Shown here piece after piece: positions 14,901 through 26,900 of a stretch of DNA of 64,000 nt. The notes beneath the pieces are model-generated. The model was not told the DNA's origin. It did no database searches and saw only the letters and a list, made by a program, of their open reading frames with translations. Numbering within the stretch: position 1 is the stretch's first letter; each line of letters starts with the position of its first letter. The position numbers were made by a program, and so were the translations under genes. The DNA is from Antedon mediterranea (lineage: Eukaryota; Animalia; Echinodermata), in the NCBI RefSeq assembly GCF_964355755.1, contig NC_092673.1, forward strand, positions 22,627,648 through 22,691,647, in the 5' to 3' direction.

Positions 14901-17900
14901 TGTTATTTTAAATATTTCTTTACTCTTTGTTCACAGAAAGAATGAAAGAGTTCATAGATGATGAATCAGAACCATACACCAACAAACACATGAAGAATAA
15001 GCTAAGGGAGAGATACCAGGATAACATTTGCATTTCTGAAGGTGATGGGTATAATGATTTGGTCAATTACCTGAGATCTGCATACTTCTACCTACAACAA
15101 ATGAACAGACTCAAAGACGATCATCCTGATGTATATGACCGCTTTTGCAAAGGCTTGAATGTGGTACGTCGAACAAATAAATTCTGGGCTGGTGTAAGTT
15201 GTGACCTCGCTATCGAGCAAACCCTGATGCGGTCGGTAAAAAGCACAGGAGGTCTAACCAGAGGCAGTAAGATGAGTGAACATTCAAGAATGTTGTGGGT
15301 TCTTACAAGGCCATGTATGTCAGCATTCAATGAATCCATGCAGTCATTTACTAATAAAACGTTTGCAACCAGTGATCAACACAAAGTATGCATCCACAAT
15401 AGTAGTGTTTGATGGCTATGGAACACCAACAACAAAAGATATTACACACTTGAGGCGTGGAAAAGCTGACCACTTAGATGTCAAATTTGACGAATCTACA
15501 GTATTTGACACAAAGAAAGAGAAATTTTTGAGTAATACCAAACAACAAACAAAGATTTATCAACATGCTTGGAAAAGAGCTTGAGTCAGTAGGTGTAGAA
15601 GTCATCCATGCACCGGGTGATGCTGATGTTCTCATAGCAACTACTGCTATTAATGCTGCCAAGAATAAATCAGTCACACTCATAGGAGAGGATACAGACC
15701 TTCTTATCCTCCTTTTGCATCATACCCGTCTAAGCTTGAATAAGATAATTTTTAGATCCGACAAAGCATCAGCTACAAAAGCGACAGATATCATCCCCTT
15801 AAAGAAAGCACTTGGATCTAACCTTTGTTCAAAGCTCCTGTTTTGTCATGCCCTTACAGGATGCGATACGACCTCAAGAATATATGGCGTTGGAAAGAAG
15901 GCAGCTTTTAAAAAGCTGCTTGGTGATGATAAAGTTCTAAGCTCTTGTGCCAAAGTCTTCACATCCAATTGTCAAACTAAGAAAAAGATTGAAGAATATG
16001 GTCGGAAAGCGATGGTGGCTCTCTTTGGAGGAAGTAGCAGTGAAACATTATTAAGTTCGAGGACGAGAATTTTTAACAAGAAGGTTGCTGGTTCCAAATC
16101 ATTTGTTGGGCCTGAAAGACTACCACCTACTGATTGTGCAACCGATTTTCATAGTCAAAGGGTATATTTGCAGATTATGACATGGTCTATGAATGATACA
16201 GATATGGTGTTATCGGAGTGGGGATGGAAGGAAGAAGACAACCGCCTAGTTCCACAAATGACAACCGAGGATGCTGCACCACCTCATCTGCTCAAAATGA
16301 TACATTGCAATTGTAAGACTGGATGTGGTACACCTCGATGTGGATCATGCCAGCTAGAAGGATGCGAAAATTGCCCAATAATTGACATCGAAGGTGACAT
16401 TGATGATGATGAAAGTGATGACGAGTAGTGTATCCAACTGATGGTGTTAGAGGATGATAAGTAAATTCTCCAAATAGTATGTATGCAATTATCTGTTATA
16501 TTTTAATGTACACTGTGTTAAAGAGAGCGATACAATTTCAATTTTAAATGTGGAATAAAATGCTTTAATAAATGGATGGTAACCACTGCCACTGGCCATA
16601 CTGCTGTTTGATTGTAATGGTTTATGATCAAAACATCATCATGTGATGGTAAATTATCATTTCAAAAGCAGTTACTATTAAGTAAGTCATTACAATCTTA
16701 TATAGTTAAATACTATCGTTAAACATTATTTATAGTATTTTATTCATTATTTGTATTTTCCTTAGTTACGGTTGCTAGGGTAATGCCATATTTATAAAAT
16801 ATTATCATCAATATGATTGCACATGAACAAACAATGCACATGCACATTTTGAATAAGATTGATAGACCTGAAAACATTAAATTTTATTTTATTAATTATT
16901 TAATTTTATTTATTTATTTGTTATTGTTACCATGGCAACCACATTCCTATTCCAGTGGCAATATGTTGTGTTGATATAAGGGGATCTCTCAGTACATAAT
17001 TCATCAGTTTTAACATTTCAAACACAATATAACTATTTTTTATTAATTATTTTAATTTTCCTTAGTTACGCATAGCAACGGTTGCTATGGTAACATGATT
17101 ATTGATAAATATGATGATCAATGGAATTCACTTTAGTCATATGATAAATACACAAAGTTTGCCTAAGATTGATTGATATTAAGATATTTTAATTAATTTA
17201 TGTTAATTTCCACTTAATTTGACCTCAAATGACCCCTTCGGAGGGTCCGATTTCTCGGGACTTTTTTTCTGTGACTAATGACATAGAGTAGAATCCAAAA
17301 ACGTTGAAAAACCTTTGTACGCAATTATTTCTAGGTTAAACCTTATTTTCCATCCACTAATTATATACAGATAATACTTACGTAATACAACATTACTCTA
17401 TGGAAGAGTAATCACTCTTTCTTGGGTTATCTTACCTGCTTGACGTTCGCAGACAGTTGGGTATCGCTGGCCACAATCAGCTGTTCCTGTACTGTATTTA
17501 CCACTGATATGATGTACTTCCAAATATCGACACTAGACAAATGTAATAATTTACTCATTACAAAATGATCATGATTTTAGCCAACCATGAATAACCTGTG
17601 TGTGTAGTGCTGAAGGCAATAAAAGATGACCTTTATTGTGGTAATTTGTCGAAAATATGATAAATTGTAATGATAAACCTTCTACCTAATAGATTAATCA
17701 ACACAATGTGTATTGTTCTATAAGCAAAACATGTGAGCTCACGTCATTTTTTGATCAGAGAAACACTTAGCATAATAATAAATAATTGGCAGCAAGTGGG
17801 AACTCCATAAGAATACCTCAAATTAGGTGACTCATGGAGCAAATAACAAAATAAAATTATTCAACAAAATGATATTTCCTTCATGATGGCCGTTTTCCGA

Positions 17901-20900
17901 CTATCGACGTTGCAACAGAAATGACATAAGACTGTTATGGCCCAATGTAGTGTTACCTTTTTAAATAAATTCTGATCTACTATCCAAATACGACTTGTGT
18001 CAACATATCCACCGTTTTTCATTCTTAAATACTTCTTTAATTCGTTGATATCCGAGTTCTTGGTAGGACCAATACAATTATTGCAAACTAGCCGGTACAC
18101 TGCGTTTCTTTCCGACTGCGAATTATTACCAAAAATTAATATAGATATACAAATTATGATTTAGTACAAGAACATAAGGTTTATAACAACATTCTGAAAT
18201 AACAAAATGATATACTGTACTTGATTTGTTTAAAGTGGGACTACGAATGGGAACGTAAACTAAAGTATAGATATAATGGTAAAAAGGAAAACATGTCTCT
18301 AGTGGAAGAGGAGCACACTGTTTGTATACACAAAGTGTGCTCTCTTTTGTTAATTACTTTAATTAATAGTAATAATAAATGTATGCATACAAAGCAAATT
18401 GACTTGGCTGTATTGTAGTCGACGGCAGCAGGTTTGTAACTGAAACACTGACTTCCTTCTAAGGTATAGCCTGGCTGACATGATGCTTTAAAAACAATTA
18501 TTGATTTAACCATTTCATACTTTACATGTCATTAGATCTTTTAACTTTATATCTTTGTTCTTTCTAGATTTCCTTCCCTCATATAAATAAAACAGTAGTA
18601 TCTCAAATCTTTGTTATCTTTTAACCCTTTGATTTTTTCTTCACTACATTTGCTAATAATAAACCTTTATTAAATTATAGTACAAAACATCTCTTCTTCC
18701 TAAATATTCGTTTCTCTGCTAATATAGGGTAGTAAAATGTTTAAACTTACAACTAAAGAATTCAATATCTGATGGTTCAGTAAGAAAAGGTTCTTGTTCG
18801 ATATCTGCGTGACCAATAATACTTTTTCCATCACGCACTCGACCTCTGACCTCTTCTAAGGAACGAACTCCCCAATAGTTATTTGTAGCATCAACCGTCT
18901 CCGTTGCCCGAGAAGTAAGAGCTATTTCAAATTCATTTCCAGCATTTACTATATAATTTCCAGTAATGCCAGTATTGGTACCATCTAGTAATATTGTGAA
19001 TGTTTCATCAGAACGTTGGCCAGTGTTATAAATCATGATGTTACCGTAGATGAATCGGTTTCCATTGGCAGTTTCCCCTCCAATGAATATCAAATGTCGC
19101 CCATGGTTATAATAAAACAGATTGTTATTAATACTAGCGTTGCCGCCTTGAATGGTGACTACATCATTGTTAGCTGATGGTATGTTTTGAATAAAGTGGT
19201 TATCAAACACCTGTATTCTTATTGAGTCAGCTGGAGACTGTATATACAATATATTACTCTGTTTTGTTGATAAAAAATAGTTACGTGCAACAATTATTGT
19301 TGAAGCATCGGTTCCTCCTTGATTAATGTTTACTGTACCGTAGTTTTGATTGAAAAAGTTTTCAGTTATTGAACAGTTACCGTCTTTTCGACCAATTCCG
19401 ATAACACTGTGGTCTGCTCGAGAACACTTTTCAAAATAGCATCTTGATATGGTAACATCAACAGGAATTTTATCTTCAATTTCATTATCCACGATTGATA
19501 CAAAAGATCCAACAACATTCTTGATAGTCGAATCGGCTACAGTTATGGACGACTTCAGATGTTCTACAATATTAAGATACAACAAAATAAATAGCCAACC
19601 ATATCATCCAATACATTTCAATTCAGAACTTATAATATTTAATTTGATTTTTGAAAATGTGCGCAACAAAATTATACATTGCGGAAATATATAAACTATT
19701 GACATTTGACACGTATGCATTTCATTGCTGGTAGTAACTAAAGTATTGCAATTTCTTACGATGCGTCGTCAGAAATACGTAGGCCTAAATTTATTCCATC
19801 AATTGAGCTTAATAAATAGGAAATAGTATACACAATAACTACGCACTAAAACGATTGACGATAAATGGATAAACATACTCCATATTCGGTGAATTTTACA
19901 ATTATAAAGATTTAAAAAACAAGTGACTTACCTTTTCCATAAACCGAGATGTGAAATTCAAGTGGTTGATAATTATTCGAATTTTTACAGTAATTATATC
20001 TCGACGAATAATAATTATAATAATAGTCTATCCTAATAGTTACTGCGCTCGAAGTAGGAATATAAGTCATCTTGGTGTTCGAAGAATATCGGTCTACATA
20101 TCCAATTTGATTAGAATAAATGAAAGTTCCGTCATAAATATAAATGCGGGAATAATAATAATTTACGGGGTGAAAAGCCATAATAATTGTACAGTTGTGT
20201 ACACATTCAATAACAGTGATGCAGTATTGTTCTCCGCATAAAACTTCAGAAAGCATGAACTGGTCTCCCGGATTAACCAGATGATGTCCACCACATCTGG
20301 AATAAAAAAACGACTGTGAAGGGAAGAAACTGGCGATTCTCGTAGTCATTAATAGGCCAGAAGAATCAATATGGTCAAACGAGCTCTCCAAAATGTTGAC
20401 ATCTGAATAAATTCTTGATGCAAAACCTGACCAACACTGCTTTACGGTAATTCTCTCTAATTCAATTTCTGTCGTACTGTCAATGACAAGTGCCTGTCCG
20501 GAACAGTTCTCAAAATAGATGTTTTTTATGTGCGGAATTACAGGTCCAAACGCATATATTGAAGGGACACCATTCACACCATGTAGCCGACCGGTATTTA
20601 ATATGTTAACATGTTTAATGGTAGACAGTTCAGAGTTTGAATCGGTGTACAATTGAATATTTCCCCAATTTGAGCTCTTACAATTCAACCATACATTATA
20701 AGGATAGTAATAGTTGTTGTAGTAGTACCCTGGACAGTCAAATAAACTCAACTCATATCGATTGCAATGAAGACGGTTTTTCCAGGTTTGTTCAAAATCT
20801 GCATTGAGAGAAACGCTAGTATAACCTTCGTAGGTAAAACCAAGTTGTCGACAAGCAACCTGAGCATCCTTGTATCCAAAACTACTATACCAAACATACT

Positions 20901-23900
20901 TCCATTCACCATTCACATATATTTGAAGACGTCCTTCAGTTCGACTATTACCTTCAACCAAACGTATCTTATCACTATCTACTGAACCAAAGTCAGGCAC
21001 TTCTATTAAATCAAAAGTTATTTCTTCGTTAGGATTACCTACTGCTGATAACCTTCCAAGAATAGTAATTCCAATATTTTCTTTTAAAAACAATTTTACA
21101 CCCGGATCTATTATTAACTCTGCGTTTGGTAAAACTGTAATGTCAGATTGGACCTGATAAGGACTATTTAGCAATGTCAGGTGGCATGTACCATTAATTC
21201 GTCCACCTATGTTAGACGAACTACATTTACTCAACTCATCAGTTACAGCATTCTCATCGTCCGTAATAATGTACACAAGGTTATTCCAATCTTCATTGTC
21301 AAAAACTCTATGGCGTACGCTATCTTCTTCAAAATCTCCCCATTGGTTAAACCGTGCATCAATATAATGATCCGGGTCAGTGAATACATGCGCACTACAG
21401 ATCTCCACATCGATTCCAACGTTATCAAACACATTCCCAGCTAAGTATGCTGTATGAACACCAAGTTCCAAGCCACATGTAAGACCATTTATAATGTGGT
21501 TTGCTAAATTATGTTGTAAAATGTTGTCCATGAAATTAAATTGTAAGCCTGTTGAAGATGACATGAATGCAGGGTAGTGTTGTCCAATTGAAACAATAGC
21601 GTTGTCAGCAGTGTTGTTCATAATTGTATTGTTCGCAATGTTAACAACGTAGCTATTGTCAATTTTGTTATTTATCGTTATTGAGATAACATCTTTACTG
21701 TGCATTATCATATTGTTTGTTATATCCATTTCAATATTCATAGTCTCCGTAAATATGTATGTTTCCAGAAAGCGATCACTACCTTCGACAATACATTTCT
21801 TTAAACTTAAATAAATCCAAACGAACGGTTGGTATGTATCAATATCAATGTCTGCATAAACTGATCGGTGCACAGATTGGAAATTAGTATTTTGCAAGAT
21901 TATCGAGTGATTGTTACTTTGATAACCAAACGATGTATCAACATACACACCATACGTTCCATCTTGAAAGTCACATTCATCGATGAAAATGTTAATAAAG
22001 GATGTGGTTCTTAATCCATAAGAGAAAATTTCGAATCTTGATTTATACACTTCGATGTTTGAATGTTGGCTTCCATAAATGTATATGGCATAACTGACCG
22101 TTAAAAATGAACAATCCATGATTTTAAGCGGTATATTGCTATTGTAAAGTTCAATACATCTGTCAATGTTTTTAAATTCACAGTTAGAAAATGTAATTCC
22201 TTCAAATGTACCACGAACTCTAACGCCATTAGGACGATAGTTAATAATCGAAGACAAGTTACATCCTTTAAATAGAACGCGACCTCCATCATTTAAATAT
22301 ACAAGATATCCATACGTGTTCTCAAATAGTGTACAGTTCAAAACTTTTAAGTATGTCGATTTTGATCCGGATTGCATTTCTATTGCATACGAACCACTAC
22401 TTTCGTATCGGTATTTGATAGAATCCAACACAATGCTGTTCGTTATGTTTTTAACCGAATCTGTGTATGAAAACAGAAATAATAATGTTAAGTTATATGC
22501 ACTTTTACTCACATAATATTATATCGTAGATAAATATTCCTGCACGTGAAAACTCGATTCTCTTTTGTCAATCAAGCAATATATTTTTTTCAAGAACATA
22601 AAACATAAGTTGAAGAAACAGGTAGGCCTATTTATCATTTAAACTGAAAATTAATTTAAAATTAAATGTGCTAATGTGAAATTACGTACCTTTTAAAGAC
22701 AGAATAACAATTCCAACTTTAATAGAAGTGTAATAATAATAGTAATATGACGAAAAGGTAACAGTGAGTTCATTTGAGGTCGTTTGAATCCATTGTTGCC
22801 GCCTAGATGATGAAGAATCCAACAAGAGTAGTGTCTTACCGCTTGAAGGATCGGTGAAAGACAAATAACCATATGAAACGTAATCATTGTAGACAAAAAT
22901 TGCAATTGTATGACCATTCTGCACTGTAAAGTTACGGGAATGTGTGACGTACTGGTAGTAACCTGAATGTATTACATCCAGACAAAGAATGTCTTCAACG
23001 AATACCGATTGGTCACCTTCCAGGAAACTAAGAACATTTTGTTGATCGGTGTAATGCTTGATAGCATTGAAATCATCCGATGGCAGTGTCGACAGGTAAA
23101 CACCTCCACTGCAGTTAATAGATCCCTGATAGTAGTGATAGGAAAGTGAATAAACGGTAATACCGTATCCAGGAGCAGCACAGATGATATCAGTATTGGT
23201 AGTTGGATCTTTATCGATAAATGGGTTATCTATGTAGAATGTAAAGCCTCTTTGTACATTATAAAGCTTAATGTTAGCAAAACGATGAATATTAAAGTGT
23301 ACTTCAACAGCACTGGAATACACATTTAATTCTTCAAGATCACCAGTTTGACTAATGTAAGCAAATTCCAGCGAACTCTGCTTACTAGAAAGCGTGTACT
23401 TGATACCACTCCACTTTCCAGGATTACAAACCAAATAAAGCTTACGATATGACGGACATACATACAGTTGAATGTTGAAAGCACAGTCTAAGATATTTGT
23501 ATGAGTGTCTTCATTGCATTCAAAATAATCTAAGACGGTCATTCTGGTGGATGTGACAGTGTGATAACTAAGATAACCCGTGTATCCAAGTTGCTGACAC
23601 GCTATACGCGCAACACTAGCAACGTCATAATAATAATTAAAATAAAAAGAATAACAGACAGAACCCCAGTTTCCATCTTTTAACACCTCTAAGACTCCTT
23701 CCCATTGATTTTTGCCATCAGATAATCGAATAGGAGTAGACATATTTTTAAAAACTGGCGCCATTCTGATCATATCTGTGTGGTTACCGTTGGCTAAAAG
23801 TGTTCCACGAACTAATATTCCAGTATAGTAGTCAAACAATAAGGTTACACCAGGTTCAATTACCAACACACCATCTGAGTGTATTACAATGTCGTTACTG

Positions 23901-26900
23901 ACTACGTACGGACTACCGTCAGAAGATAATGTAACATTACCATATATACTGCCACCTATCGTTTGGCCCGACTGAAAAATTCCAATTGGACTACATTCTT
24001 GATATGCAAGTTCAGAGGTGTCATTGACGACACGATACGGCGATATTAAAAGCTTTGGGTACGACGGTCGTGTTTCTCCATCAATGATACGAGACTTTAT
24101 GACAGAACAGTTACTAGATCCCCACCAAGACAGGCTAGCGTCAATGACCGTGGTAGATACACGTTCTTTACCAGCAGCAACAACTTCATACATGAAATCA
24201 GGATTAACAAGAGTGTTGCTCTTCATTGAAACTTTTGAATATTGTAAGAACAAAACATATGACGGCCACACAGAGTTTGAAAATCTCAGTCGTGGCCGAT
24301 TGTTAATCATAACGTTTCCCTCAACAATCATAGTATCATCATTGTAGGACACAGCAACAGAAAGGACTCGCTCACATGTATTGTTTCTCAAAACGTTATC
24401 AGTTATTTGTATAGCATTTGCATAATTCACTCGATATACATCTATATGTACAAGGAAACCTCCTGTGTTGAACGATATAGTATTTCCCGAGATGATGATA
24501 TCGTATAATTGTGGGCTTACGCCAACTCCAATGTTAATTGCACCGTTCATATTGTATTCCACTGAATTGTTGTAAATGTACGAGTTTAAATATGCAGTTA
24601 TAACGATTCCACATCCATTATTATAAGAGAATGAGTTATTTTCAACCTGCAAAGTATTGCTGTAAATATCGTAGACAAACAACCCGGAAACGGAGTTCCC
24701 GTCAAACACACTATTGATTATGTTAAGATCACCTCTTCTCGAAATCAATCCATTCAAGTTATTTTCTGAAACATATGATGTATTAATAACAATGTTCTGA
24801 GCTTCATAAATGCTAATTCCATTTAAAGAGTTTGCAAAAAAATCACTTGATTCTAGAGTTAGTTCGTCAATGCTGGCGTATGTTTGAAATCCATTCCCAT
24901 TATTAGACATCATTTGTACGTTGTTCACACGTAATTCAGGCATGTACGTTGGGTGCACTGTCAGTCCATTCCCATTGTTTCCAACAAAGTCTGAATTTCT
25001 AATTTCATGAGACCCTTGTATTACTGAAATAACAAATACTAATCTTGAAACAACAAAAAAAACTCATTACTACCGTTATACTTTTTACTTGGCAAAAAAG
25101 AATTTTGCCAAGTATAGTATTTACTTTGTTTGTTTGTATGTTTGTATGTATGTATGTTTGTATGTATGTTTGTTTGTTAGCACGATAGCGCCTACAGTTT
25201 TCAAGTTATCGTTCTGAATTTTTGGGTGTAGATAGGTATGTACTTTGAAAATCAACAAAATTGGTTTATTAATAACTTCACAAATAACAAAAATGATATT
25301 ATTTTCAGACCGGCTAGTGTTAAAAGATAGGAGACAATTTTCAAAAGCCGGTGAGCAGTTTTAAAGTAACACGTAAACTAAAATTACATTTTCTCGAGAA
25401 CTACTCGTCCAAAAAACCTCATTTTTGGACAAGAGGCAAGGGTTATAATTTGGGATTTGTAATTTCAAAACAAAAGTTGATTCAATGTACCGGCTTTTTC
25501 ATACGAGTAGTTTTAAAAAACCTATTTCTTTTCAAATTCACCCGTTTGTTTTTGGCGTTGCTGTTCTATTGTTATTCAAATTAAACTATTGTTAGTTGAT
25601 AATTAGTTTTGTTAGTACCAGTGTGTGTCCTTCCTTATTTCATTCTGTACATAGGTTTATACTTACAGAACATGCCTATTGATTTTCAGGTAAATTTTAT
25701 TTTATTATTTTTTTTTTATTTATTCAATTTCTGCCATATACATAACAAAGAAGACAAAACAATTATAAAAGGAGGCACGGAAAGACCAAACAGGTGCTAA
25801 ACACCTAGTTGATCAACCCAAAAAACAACGGGGCTCGTCGTATATTACTTATTACTGTACTTGCATGTGTCCTTCCTTATTTCATTCTGTACATAGGTAT
25901 ATATACTTACAGAACATGCCTATTAATTTTCAGGAAAACTGATATATTGGTCATGTCTCAAAAGCTTATCTTCTGTACGATATATTAAATAGCACGCATT
26001 CTGTCTTTTTTTAACATGGACATATTCTTTGATATGGACCAAAATATTAGTCGACTGGTCACGCGGTTAAGCATACTACATGGGTTAAGGCAGAGGCGCC
26101 GCAAATCGGCATAGCTTCAAGACACTCCTCGACTATTATTCCGGTCAATCTTGATTTTAGAAAGGTCATTGTTGCAATGTCGGAATTGTTTGTATTAAAA
26201 ATTATTTAAACAAATTATTAACCTTAGCAGTATCTTAAACATGTAAAGCTAATACCTAAAGCAAAAATTGTATCTTTCAACATGCTCCCAGTCAGTGGAT
26301 ATATTTTGCCAAGTACTTCACTCAGTTTCTGAGTGCTTTCAGTTAATTTAGTTTCCACATAAGTTTTCATATCAATTGAAATCCAAAACTTTACTGTGAT
26401 GGGCATTGTTAATTTGGAAATATGGCCGGCTCTATTTATATATTTAACGTTATGAAACAAAGTAATTAATTTTTTTTAAAAGAAGAAAACTATTTTGGTT
26501 TATGATAATTATTTATAAATCCATTATAATAAACATAACTTCCTTTAATGGGCGCGACATGATACGTATATACCTCACATATTATAGCATAATTAGAACA
26601 AACGAATTTGCATGGTGAAATGTTATTAAAAAAACAATTACAAAAGTAATAATATTTTGTAATGTACTTACGCTCACTCCAAATCACTAAATTTAAATCG
26701 TATTTGCAGTTGTAGTAGCGGCAGCGATATTCAATAATCATGACATTGTTTGTGAACGACAGTACATCGTCTTGTTTTGTAAACCTTTTGACAACAGCGG
26801 TTGAAGTGTCATTACCATCATAGAGTGTCAAGTACCCATAACTATAATACCAGTAGTATTGCAGGACTTTCACTTTCAGCAAGTATCCTTGGTCTGCATA

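Larger units (their letters stand above)
12468..17359 (+). mobile_element. AcademX-type DNA transposon, internally deleted, in intron 9 of the mosaic gene
   Basis: Termini TAGTGGATGGAA...TTCCATCCACTA, with imperfect TIRs over ~140-170 bp (TAACCTAGAAATAATTGCGTACAAAGGTTTTT at both ends). 3-bp TSD ATT at 12465-12467 and 17360-17362. It encodes XPG/PIN-like nuclease motifs and a Cys finger. TAG/CTA ends, a 3-bp TSD and XPG plus Cys8 are established Academ hallmarks. Confidence 0.88.

Noticed and set aside
15565-16428. Host XPG/FEN1 or tesmin-like gene
   Set aside because: It is enclosed by TIRs and a TSD and is frameshifted upstream, so it is the Academ-encoded domain.
19951-24347. Plus-strand short ORFs overlapping the large exons
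   Set aside because: Antisense shadows of coding sequence with no recognisable motifs.
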